DNA of 64,000 nucleotides, taken from Histomonas meleagridis 2922-C6/04-290x (Eukaryota; Protista; Parabasalia). The notes below the pieces were generated by a model, which was not told where the DNA came from, did no database searches, and saw nothing but the letters and a program-made list of their open reading frames with translations. Below are positions 54,201 through 64,000 of this stretch, one piece after another. How positions within the stretch are numbered: the stretch's first letter is position 1; every line of letters starts with the position of its first letter. A program made the position numbers and the translations under genes. Location: assembly GCA_020184695.1 (NCBI GenBank), contig JAANOX010000246.1:62001-126000 (forward strand), given 5' to 3'.

Positions 54201-55978
54201 TAATGAAGAACAACCAGAAAATGTTGAAGAATCTGTACTAACAACTTCAGGTGCATCTATTGATTCCAAAACGGAACAATCTTTAAACATCCATTTCTTA
54301 AAATATGTTAAAGCATGTAATGAAATACTTTTAAGATGTGAACAACCTTCGAAACAATTTGCAAAATTCCCACTTCCATAAACATTTCTAATTACGATTG
54401 TTACAAGTTTATTTAATTCAACATGAACTAAAGCTGTTTTATAAAAAGCATCTGAAGAAATTGAAGTTAAAGAAGGCATTGATATTTCTGAAAGCTTAAC
54501 ACAATTTTTGAAACAATAATAACCAATAGATGTTACATTTGAAAATTCTACTTTTTCAAGAGATTGACAATCCATAAAAGAACTTTCACCTATTGTTATA
54601 ACAGAAATCATTTTAACATAAACTAAATTATTATAACCAGAAAATGCATTATCTTCAATCTTATTAATTTTTTGTAATATAAGATTTGTTAAAACTGAAC
54701 AACCTGAAAAAGCATTTGAACCTATTGTTTGAGCATTATCCATATTTAAATTTAATAATGAAGTACAATCTTTAAACATCCAAGCAGGAATACTTCTTGC
54801 TTTTTGAGCAGAAAAACTATTTAAATTATTACAACCCATAAAATATCCACCAACATTATTAGTACCATCAATATTCCCTAATTCAAAATTTTCTAATTCA
54901 TTAAATGTTAATTGTGTTACCCCAATATTCCGAAACGCAGCATATGATATTGATTGAAGTATTGGAATTTCTACACGTGTTAAACTTTTACATCCATTAA
55001 AAGCATTATTCCCTATTGATATACAAACTTTTAAAACGACTGTTTCTAAATTTATACAATTTTGGAAAGCAGATGATTCAATATTTTCTACTTTTAGAAA
55101 ATTAATTTCTTTAATTGTTGGAATATCTTTAAATGAAGCAATTCCGATTGTCTTTAATTCAGGTAAATTTAATGTTGAAAGACTACAACCTGAAAAACAT
55201 CCTTCTTCAATTATTTTAACTTTCTCTCCAATAATTGTATTGAGATTTGAACATCCATTAAAAGCATATTTACTAATTTTTTCAATTTGATTTAATTGAA
55301 TATTTTCAAGAAAAGTACATGAATCAAAACAATAACCATCTTCACTCATTTCTAAAAGATTATTTAAAGTTAATGAAACGAAAGCACAACTTTTGAAACA
55401 ATATGAACCAATATAATTAATTAATGGTGCATTTAATATTGATAAGTGAATACAATCACTAAAAGCATAATCATTTATTGTATTAATTAATGGTAATTCA
55501 ATCGAAGAAAGATCAGTATTTGAAAATCCATAATTATCAATAATTTTTACATTTGGTAAAGTAATTGAAGCTAATGAAACACATGATTGAAAAGCTGAAT
55601 CTTTTTATATGTTCACAAGATGAAAAATTTTTATATTATAAAGAGCACTACATTCAGCAAAAGCTTTTCTCACCAATAATTGTTGCACCATCAATGATTA
55701 CACTTGATAATAAAAACACATCCTTTCATTAAGTTATCACTTATTATCCCTGTGAATGAATCAATATGAATTTCAAGTGTTAATAATGATGTAAATGAAT
55801 TTGAAATTATCAAATTTAATGGAAAATCTCCTGATTTAACATTTAAAGATGTAATAGTATCAATCCCAGCACCATATGAATTAAGGATATCATCAAATGT
55901 ATCACCTGTGTATTCTTGCTGGTTAACTTCAATCACCATAATGGAAGATATTCCAGAAAGCAGAATAACAAAAATCAT
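48272..55978 (-). CDS. Giant modular BspA-like (LRR_5/TpLRR) type I surface protein, about 2500 aa, split by many frameshifts in this sequence
   Basis: Hydrophobic N-terminus at 55978 and continuous TxIgxxAFxxCxxL repeats across successive track ORFs. Ends in a Cys-rich stalk, TM helix and basic tail at 48272. The breaks checked fall in A/T runs; N bases at 53154 and 53168. Confidence 0.85.
52872..53485. repeat. Near-identical internal 124-bp direct repeat (52872-52995 and 53362-53485)
   Basis: One mismatch; offset 490 nt. Confidence 0.92.
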
Positions 55979-56454
55979 ATGAAATCAAAATGGTCGTTTA
56001 TAACAAATTTTTGATAAATTTTGTCTGTTATAATGAAAGAAAATCACGACGACAATATAACAAAGATTGAAAAGAAAATTTGAACAATATTAATCATTGA
56101 GCATTTCAAATCGTTCAAATATTCAAAGCCACGGTTTAATAGAATTCTGTATTCAATCCAAAACCTTTTATAACGTATTTCGCACAATTTTTGAATCGAA
56201 CGAATGATATTTGACAACAAAATCCGTTTTGACAAGTGACCACTTAAATTCAAACAAATTTTCTTAAAATTCTACATTCAAAATATGTGGCCGAAAGAAA
56301 ATGATTTTAACTTCGATTTGCTTAAGTTGTATCATAAATATTTTTGAATTTAATATCAAATTATGTTTAACATTCTCTGTTCATATCCAAGAAATATTTT
56401 AGTTTGTTCAAATTCATTACATTGATTAAAATTATGATGAATATGATAAATTTT
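55975..56454. repeat. Inverted repeat arm 1: BspA start codon plus ~480 bp upstream
   Basis: Reverse complement of 63516-64000. The only differences seen are two homopolymer lengths. Confidence 0.95.
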
Positions 56455-56837
56455 TTTATTATTAAACCATCAGGATAAATTGAAGAAATTCAATATTAAA
56501 TTCTTGAGTTATAAAAAATATTACACCAACATCAATGAATGCGAATTCTTACAAAAGAGTCAACTTTATTATGATTAATATTCATTCTTGTTATGTATTA
56601 ATTTCCATATTATTATATTATTTAAGGATATAAAATGGTTTATATATTCCGATTGTATTCTATCTATATTTGAATATATAAATTTGCAATCTTTATTAAA
56701 TGAAAAGTCTTTCATCAATACAAAATGAATATTATAAAGAAAATGAGTTTCAAAATCTATTACATTTATCTGAGATTAAATTTAATTATATTATTTATTA
56801 ATATATATCCTATTAAAGAATATACAACAATTCTATT

Positions 56838-57860
56838 TCAGCAAAGATTCTTAATTTCTTCAGCTATTTTGTTTCCATTTACGTATTTGATCAACTTTGC
56901 AAGATTCAACACTTCGTTATATTCTTCGTCACTTAAGAACTTCTTACATTTCTTTAATTCATTTACAGCACTTCTATAAAAATATTTATTCTTAACATGC
57001 GCCATATCATTCATAGCTTCCATTTCATCTGATGCAAATATTTTCCTTAATGATTTATATACTTTGGAGTCTTTCTTATTTTGTCCACATAAAAATTCCG
57101 CAATTTTCATTGTGTTCATTGATAAGTCACTGAGTTCGTTAATCGACGAACCATAAAATTTGAAATACTTAATCATATCTTTAAATGTTCCATCGGGATG
57201 TGTTTCAATGAATGTTGACATTGTAAGTGGAAATTCTTGTGTCAGATATACATTGCCAAGTATCGGATCTTGGAATTCATATTTTCCTTGAGCGCCTGTT
57301 AATATATAAACATTGGGAATAAGGCTGAAGCCATGTAAGAAAAATGCTTCGACTGATATGGCGAAGAAAAGATGTTTAAATTTCTTATTTGTTGACATTT
57401 GTTGGATGATTTTCTGAAGAGTGTCAAATAAAAGATAATCATTTTCGTCTGGGAGTGTGAGGAATTGCATGGAACGATCACCAGTATAGAAAATATAAAC
57501 ATTATCGAATTCATTTGATAAAAGTGCAGGACCATTGGATGTGTTGCCAAGTAAAACATTGTAAAAGTTTTGAGATGTGACGTTTTCACCCCTATATGCA
57601 ATGTTTTCAGAACCAGGATAAACATTTATTGAATGGTTTAGATTATGAAAAACTTGGCCGGGATACATGTTTCTTGGTGACAGGGCAATGTCATCACAGT
57701 CCATTAAGATTATCTTATTTTTATCAAACCCATTTTGTATAAGAAGATGATATTGATAGAAAGAATCTGCTGATTCAAAATAACGAGTCCAACCTTTTCC
57801 GCCAGTTAGGATAACTGCCCAATTATCACAAACAACTGTTGACAAGAAAAGAAGGAGCAT
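56838..57860 (-). CDS. Legumain/asparaginyl endopeptidase (C13)-like secreted protein lacking the catalytic dyad
   Basis: Signal peptide then DNWAVI; DDIA...N.YPGQVF; YRGENVT..NFYNVL.G. The His site reads YTGDRS (canonical DHG), and no Cys is present in FFAISVEAFF (canonical EAC). Confidence 0.85.
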   Translation of the reverse strand: MLLLFLSTVVCDNWAVILTGGKGWTRYFESADSFYQYHLLIQNGFDKNKIILMDCDDIALSPRNMYPGQVFHNLNHSINVYPGSENIAYRGENVTSQNFYNVLLGNTSNGPALLSNEFDNVYIFYTGDRSMQFLTLPDENDYLLFDTLQKIIQQMSTNKKFKHLFFAISVEAFFLHGFSLIPNVYILTGAQGKYEFQDPILGNVYLTQEFPLTMSTFIETHPDGTFKDMIKYFKFYGSSINELSDLSMNTMKIAEFLCGQNKKDSKVYKSLRKIFASDEMEAMNDMAHVKNKYFYRSAVNELKKCKKFLSDEEYNEVLNLAKLIKYVNGNKIAEEIKNLC

Positions 57861-58678
57861 CTCCTCCAAAAAATGAAGTGTTCAACATGTTGCTTTTCAA
57901 AAAGTTATTTTTATAGTCAACCTGACCACGGCCAAATAATTTCAGAAAATTAACTTGTTTCATGAAACCCATACATACATTTCTCTTCAAAAAAGCATAA
58001 TATTTTTTAATACAATGATTGTAAAGTCCATCTATTTTTGTAAATAATGCCATTATTTTTTGAAATTTTATTATTCAAAAATAAAAAAATCAGATTACAC
58101 CGATGTAACTAATTTCAGATTTTTCGTTATACATGTAATAGCAAAATTTATCTGTTTATGTTTTCATAAAATTCTTTATGTAATGAAATTCTTTTCAAAT
58201 CATTCTTTGACAAATTATCTTTAAATAAAATATAATAAATAGGAGATATCTATCAAAAATTACCTCTTCTCAAGATGCATTTTCAGGTTTAATGTGGATA
58301 TTGGTTCTGCTAGCATTTTCGGATCAAAAAAATTAATATAAACATAAGCTTATGCGGCAAACATTATTTTTATAAGGTAAGTATTTGAACTTATCTTTAG
58401 TATAATAAAAATGGCATATAGATTTAATCAGATATCTGATTAGTTATAACTATAGATAAGCAAAATTATATAGCACTATGTTAAATAATTTTTTTACAAA
58501 CATCAACATTTAATGAAAGCTTAACGCTAGCCCTGGTGTGTGACACTTAAAAATTTGTTGTGAAAGCATTTAACGTTCTTCCGACCGTTTTGCAACAACC
58601 AGAGCTCTGAATTTTTGAATCGACGTTTTATTTTTTGAATTTTCTAACGTTTTATCCATATAGAAGCAAGAACCATCC

Positions 58679-59488
58679 ATGATCGACACTCTTGCATCTC
58701 ATCTCAACATTTTAAGGATGATATTTGACGCCATAATCATGGTTTTTCCAACTGTAGGGTATATTGACACATGTCGTCTTATGCAAAAATCCAAAAGTTC
58801 AATTCCTTATAATTTCAAAACAGTATTAATCCTCCTAGCAGGCAATGGATGCAAAGTCCTCTACTACATTTATCATCCATATGCTCTTCGAATATTTGGT
58901 CAATCTGTATCACTATTAATCATTGCTTTTGTTCTCACATTTTTCAAGCATTTGTACAAGACTAACCCCTCAAACCGAAGTACAATTTTATCCTATCTTA
59001 ATCCGGATGAAACTTCGTCATTTCATGATTTTGTTTTTTTAATTTCTGCATACACATGTCTATTCTATCTTATTTTCAAGACTTTTTGCTATGTTTTTGG
59101 CCAAACATATATTGTTGAAGCCATTGGAATATTAGGAAATTTAATAGATTCAATAATTTCAGTACCAACATTTATTCAAGTTGTTGTTAGAGGAAATATT
59201 GTCGGTATTTCCGTTGTTCTTATTCTTCAATATCTTCTTGGTGATGTTGTAAAAATCGTATTATTTGTCGTCAGTAACACGCCATGGTTTTTCACTGGTG
59301 GCGCTGTTTTCCAACTTCTCTTAGACAGTATTCTCTTTATCAAATTCTTTTATCTTAAGTCGCGCAGTACCACGAAACTTTCCATTGAAGAAGAACGTTT
59401 AATTTCACCAGTGAATTCATCCGATGAATCATTTGATGATGCTAAAGAGGAAGAAGATATCAATGAAGAAGAAGAAGAAAAAGTATGA
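58679..59488 (+). CDS. PQ-loop repeat membrane protein (PQLC1/SLC66A2/Any1-like)
   Basis: Two PQ-loop-like units (PQ reads PT) and GDVVKIVLF...P..F...AVFQLLLD. The acidic tail has a dileucine-type EEERLI. Confidence 0.8.
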   Translation: MIDTLASHLNILRMIFDAIIMVFPTVGYIDTCRLMQKSKSSIPYNFKTVLILLAGNGCKVLYYIYHPYALRIFGQSVSLLIIAFVLTFFKHLYKTNPSNRSTILSYLNPDETSSFHDFVFLISAYTCLFYLIFKTFCYVFGQTYIVEAIGILGNLIDSIISVPTFIQVVVRGNIVGISVVLILQYLLGDVVKIVLFVVSNTPWFFTGGAVFQLLLDSILFIKFFYLKSRSTTKLSIEEERLISPVNSSDESFDDAKEEEDINEEEEEKV

Positions 59489-59490
59489 CC

Positions 59491-60864
59491 TTAGAAAACA
59501 TTATCCAACGAATCTAGTTCTTCATCACTAGGTATATAGTTTTCATGGAAAAAGTACGTCGCAACGTTCAATATACCTATGATATCGTTGTTCATTAATC
59601 TACCAACAATATCCCAGCCATTATTTTCGTCGAATAAAGATATAAATCTATCCCTAAGTTCCATGTTTTGTGAATTTAATATCCATGAGAAACATTCAAA
59701 TATATTTTGAAGTATATTTACATCTTCAATTTCCATACAATTTATTAGAAATTGTAAAATTTCATTGCTACAAAATGCTGAGGTTTCTTCGAAATTTAAA
59801 TGGATAATAATATTATATACAAGACAAACAACATCTTTCTTTAATTGAAGAGGTGATGGCTGATTAACTACAAGTAAAATTAATTGAACAATGCCTAAGC
59901 GTGAGAGGAAATTCATCCCAAAATTTTCAATGTTTGAGATAGCACTAAACAATTGAAAAAGTGAATGAAGAATTTGAACGTTATTTGATGCGCCTTCGTG
60001 TGCCAAAGCTTTTTCAATAATGGAGCATTCAAACTCATTAGCCATATGGCTGATGCGGAATATTTGACAAATAATATCAAGAATGATTTGAATTGTTTTG
60101 TCGCTGCATTCTGGTGATGAAAGTGATCCGAAAATAACTTGATCAATGTCCGAAATTTGGACAATAGAACTAATGTTACTTTTAACACGAAGAAGCCATA
60201 AGAGAAGTGAAAGATTATCATCAACGGGAATTTGTAGAGATTGACTATGAATTAAATAAAATAAACGTGCTGTCGATTCATTGGCCAAACAAAACTTATG
60301 AAAAGAAATAAGAAGATTCACGGCAAGATATTTTTGTTCTGGTGTTGCAACATTTGATTCGAGAAGTTCAATAAATTTGGTAATGTAAACTCGTGTTTTG
60401 ACATATTTTTCGTAAAATTTGTTTCTGCGAGAAACAGTTAGGAGAATAATTAAGCACTGTTTAAGAAAATCAAGTGATTTGCGATGAATATGCTCAAATA
60501 GATAATAAATAAAAACCTTAAATTTTTCATCAGTAAATGAAATAACAGAGCATATCTTGCAAAATATTTCCAATGAAAGCATTTGAGTGTTTGGAGACAT
60601 TATTGGACTTATACATTCAATTAGAACATCAAGGCATTGACTCTTATAAAAGCTGTCTGAGAACTTGAATTCTTGGGTATTCATTATTTGTAAGAGTTGA
60701 CTAAGGGATTCATTTAATTTTTCTTCATTTTTCTCTTCCCATGAAATAGATATATTATCAAAAACCAGTTGAACGAAGTTTGGTTCGCCAGACCTGCGTT
60801 GGTCTTTGCCACTTATGATATTATTGATACGAGTATTTGCTTCCGAAATCATGAAGGGCTTCAT
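59491..60864 (-). CDS. ARM/HEAT-repeat protein, importin-alpha-like fragment
   Basis: 457-aa helical repeats, LKKDVVCLVYNI, and a C-terminal F...GWDIV..L...D. Confidence 0.55.
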   Translation of the reverse strand: MKPFMISEANTRINNIISGKDQRRSGEPNFVQLVFDNISISWEEKNEEKLNESLSQLLQIMNTQEFKFSDSFYKSQCLDVLIECISPIMSPNTQMLSLEIFCKICSVISFTDEKFKVFIYYLFEHIHRKSLDFLKQCLIILLTVSRRNKFYEKYVKTRVYITKFIELLESNVATPEQKYLAVNLLISFHKFCLANESTARLFYLIHSQSLQIPVDDNLSLLLWLLRVKSNISSIVQISDIDQVIFGSLSSPECSDKTIQIILDIICQIFRISHMANEFECSIIEKALAHEGASNNVQILHSLFQLFSAISNIENFGMNFLSRLGIVQLILLVVNQPSPLQLKKDVVCLVYNIIIHLNFEETSAFCSNEILQFLINCMEIEDVNILQNIFECFSWILNSQNMELRDRFISLFDENNGWDIVGRLMNNDIIGILNVATYFFHENYIPSDEELDSLDNVF

Positions 60865-60927
60865 CGCAAAATCTGGTCTAATTGAATTATTTACTCTGGT
60901 AAACTATACAAAATTTTGTTCAACCAA

Positions 60928-61623
60928 ATGGGCGAGAACATCAACCAATATCAACAGCGAACACGTGGATTCATGATGAATAGTCTAAAATATAATTGCG
61001 CTTTTGAAACAAGACCAAGTTTAAGACAAAAAGTCAACGATGAAGGACATTTCATTCCTTTTTATGGCGATACAATCGTATTTAATTTAGATAACGCAAT
61101 TAAAAACAAAGCATTGGAATTACAAAATGTTCTTTATGAAAATAACCAAAATATCCTTGCAGATCGCATTGATCCATCTACATTTCATGTTACTCTCCAT
61201 GATTTAAGTAACGGAAACTCTAGAAATGAACTCCTTTCTCAAATGGAGCAAAACAAAGAAAGTTCCACAAAAATTTTGGAAATGGTTGAAAGTGAGAAAT
61301 TAGATCCTATCTCTCTTCGCACAGTTAGTGTCTTTAATATGGTTAACACAAGTGTCGTTTTAGGCCTGGAGCCAGCAAATAATCGTTCTTGCTATCGACT
61401 GATGGCTTTACATAATCGATTCCAATCAGTTGTTCGATTGGATTATCCACTCACACTGCACATCACACTTGGATATTATAAGCCAGGGACTTACTCACCT
61501 GAGCAAATATCGCAACTAAACCAAACATTTATGGAATTGAACAAAACTATGGGCGAAGAGTTTTTCTTAGATGAAAAGCAGCTTCTGTACCAGAGATTCG
61601 ACAGTATGAATCATTACTTTTGA
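60928..61623 (+). CDS. 2H phosphoesterase superfamily protein, bacterial-like
   Basis: Two HxT motifs (FHVTLHDL and LHITLGYY) about 90 aa apart, with PFYGDTIVF and FNMVNTSVVLGL. No intron. Confidence 0.85.
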   Translation: MGENINQYQQRTRGFMMNSLKYNCAFETRPSLRQKVNDEGHFIPFYGDTIVFNLDNAIKNKALELQNVLYENNQNILADRIDPSTFHVTLHDLSNGNSRNELLSQMEQNKESSTKILEMVESEKLDPISLRTVSVFNMVNTSVVLGLEPANNRSCYRLMALHNRFQSVVRLDYPLTLHITLGYYKPGTYSPEQISQLNQTFMELNKTMGEEFFLDEKQLLYQRFDSMNHYF

Positions 61624-61708
61624 TTCACGTTTTTAATAAAAGAAACGTTTTTATACACAACCGTAAAATAGATATTACTCTTAAAGCGAATAATTTTATA
61701 GTAAAATA

Positions 61709-62956
61709 TACTAAATACCCGGACTATAAATACAAAAGCAATTTCAAATGTTTTTTTTACTTGGAATAGTATTCCCCATTACTGCTGATTATTGTTTCTA
61801 ATCTGTGAATCCATTCATCAAATACAGACATTAATTCGTCATGGTTAATATTCTTCAAATAATTAGTGATATAGTCATACAAAACCTGTTCGTTTTAGAA
61901 CATATAACCATTCATACTATTTTTTAATTTCCCAAATAAATAGAAGTCACTAGGGGAAATATCATGGGAGTATGGTGGATGTTCAAGTTGAGCCAGTTCG
62001 GAATTTGATATAAAAAATCTTGTTTTTAATGAAGTGTGAGGTCTTGCATTGTCAAAGTGGACTGTATACTTTTTTGAATGTGGATTTCTTCCTTCAGGAT
62101 ATAATTTAATTTCAGATGGTCGAAGTATATTATTAATAATGAAGTAGTCAGAATTAAATTTATTATGTTTTGGTAAAACATCGATAATATAAAATTCCCA
62201 AGGATACCAAAATATTGTAAACATATTTTGGCTCCCCAATTAACCGTCTTGGTTACTTTGGTACATTTTCTCGATCTTGTGAATACATTATTTTGTGATA
62301 ATACCGTAAATAAATCCAGGACTCATCACCAGTTATTACATGATGATATCCTTCCATTTTAAAAATTCTAAGTTGTTGCAAAATTGATTTTGCATATTGT
62401 ACCTGTTTCTTTTTCAGGGCAGACGTTAACATGTGTGGTACCCATTGAAGATGATACTTTTTGAAACCTAATGTTCAAGTTAAAACTTATTTAATTGTGA
62501 TTGGAGTATGACCGCATAGAAATGCTTATCTTTTAACTGTATCAAAAGGTTCTTTATTGAGCCAATATAAAATTTTATCATCAATTCCTTTGGATATGGG
62601 TCTTCCAGGTATATCTAAATTGTTTAGATCTTCCCGACCGCTCTTTATTTCTGATATCCAGAAATACATCTGCGTTCGTTTGTATGCATCCTCCCCATAA
62701 ACATTTTCTAGTTCATTAATCATTTGCTTTCCATTATATCCTTTTTTCATCAAAAAAGATATAACATATCTTTGTTCAAGCATTTAAAAAAATGACACTT
62801 TTCGGTTTTTGATGATTTAAACTCCCCTTATTTCAATGAATCCTTGTAATTTTAATTTTATATTTTATATTTAAAATTCCTCATAAATGAAATATATATT
62901 TATATATGTTATTTTTACATATTACATTTATATAGCTGGAGTCCGGGTATTTAATA
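61709..62956 (-). mobile_element. Tc1/mariner element (DD34D), full length, inactive
   Basis: TIRs TACTAAATACCCGGACT and AGTCCGGGTATTTAATA (1 mismatch), flanked by TA at 61707-61708 and 62957-62958. Length 1248 bp. Confidence 0.88.
61757..62783 (-). pseudogene. Mariner transposase pseudogene
   Basis: HTH (EQRYVISFL...GRP), WVPHML, TGDESW, FDNARPH and YSHDISPSDFYLF with 34 residues between D2 and D3. Several frameshifts and a TAA at 61895-61897. Confidence 0.9.
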
Positions 62957-63515
62957 TACACTACTATATTAATCATATTATTTTATAAAGATATAAAAAA
63001 ATTGTTTTGTGTTGACAAATGTCATTCAGTTTAACAATTTTCAACATTTAAATTTCATAAATTTTTGTTGGTGTTTCTTATTGTTTTCTTGTTATTCATA
63101 TTTTACTCATATACATTATTAAGTAATGAAGATATTTTTATTTAAGGATGCGCCTTAAATATTAAGTTTTCTTTAAAGCTCATCATAACATGTTTCATTA
63201 TTCTTTCTTATTTAAATCATTTATTTCTAATAATTTCTTTGGCCGTCTTTTTTTCCATATTTCTCTTCAAACTCTCGATGCCAAATATAGTATATCCACA
63301 TTTTATGTTACAGCACAGAATACCTCGATTTTTATGGAATAAGATGTTCTACCTGATAATTTGTCTGTGGTTAGTGTGCAAAGATTTCTATGTATTTCCC
63401 TTAATTAAATAATATACTCGTCTACCCACTGTTGTTAATGTTCTTTTTTAAATATCAGGGTTCAAACGGAATCGCCATTTCTCACAACATTGCTATTCTA
63501 CCAGGTGCTTGTTTT

Positions 63516-64000
63516 AAAATTTATCATATTCATCATAATTTTAATCAATGTAATGAATTTGAACAAACTAAAATATTTCTTGGATATGAACAGAGAATGT
63601 TAAACATAATTTGATATTAAATTCAAAAATATTTATGATACAACTTAAGCAAATCGAAGTTAAAATCATTTTCTTTCGGCCACATATTTTGAATGTAGAA
63701 TTTTAAGAAAATTTGTTTGAATTTAAGTGGTCACTTGTCAAAACGGATTTTGTTGTCAAATATCATTCGTTCGATTCAAAAAAATTGTGCGAAATACGTT
63801 ATAAAAGGTTTTGGATTGAATACAGAATTCTATTAAACCGTGGCTTTGAATATTTGAACGATTTGAAATGCTCAATGATTAATATTGTTCAAATTTTCTT
63901 TTCAATCTTTGTTATATTGTCGTCGTGATTTTCTTTTCATTATAACAGACAAAATTTATCAAAAAAATTTGTTATAAACGACCATTTTGATTTCATATGA
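63516..64000. repeat. Inverted repeat arm 2, ending in the BspA ATG (63997-63999) at the window edge
   Basis: Reverse complement of 55975-56454. The match continues to the last base of the window. Confidence 0.95.

Noticed and set aside
49380-55350. LRR-coding periodicity as a CRISPR array or satellite
   Set aside because: The repeats are protein-level and degenerate at the DNA level, with no constant repeat plus unique spacer pattern and no cas genes.
56044-63928. Twin ORFs 56044-56253 and 63713-63928 encoding the same peptide
   Set aside because: A by-product of the inverted repeat. They have no motif and are treated as non-coding upstream sequence.
55975-64000. Inverted arms as TIRs of a Maverick/Polinton
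   Set aside because: No polB, integrase, ATPase or capsid ORF lies between them, and the arms include a host gene start codon.

Overview
AT-rich, gene-dense eukaryotic genomic DNA that looks parabasalid (Trichomonas/Tritrichomonas/Histomonas-like). The evidence is TCAYW initiator motifs just upstream of ATGs, M3-like Myb elements, a 24-nt intron, a DUF3447/ankyrin relic and a giant BspA-type LRR surface gene; the species cannot be fixed from sequence alone. About 40 genes are present. They cover housekeeping and trafficking (RFC, eL42, Vps2, AP-3 delta-like, Rab, Arl6-like, SCY1, IPK), chromatin and RNA processing (Ada2, Sgf11, PHD, two Fip1-motif genes, Rpp40-like), and three bacterial-looking candidates for lateral transfer (ICMT/PEMT-family methyltransferase, DUF985 cupin, 2H phosphoesterase). 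Several paralogues appear to have lost catalytic residues (USP-like, legumain, metallophosphoesterase, RhoGAP-like, eL42 without GGQ). The most striking structure is at the right end. A ~7.7-kb modular BspA gene, broken in this assembly mainly by homopolymer indels, has its ~480-bp upstream region plus ATG repeated almost perfectly in inverted orientation at the window end. The two arms bracket a 7-kb spacer with four genes and a dead DD34D mariner. There is also a dispersed ~1-kb duplication next to GAA-triloop hairpins, and a 112-nt poly(A). No CRISPR, rRNA or tRNA was recognised. All family assignments come from remembered motifs, not database searches.
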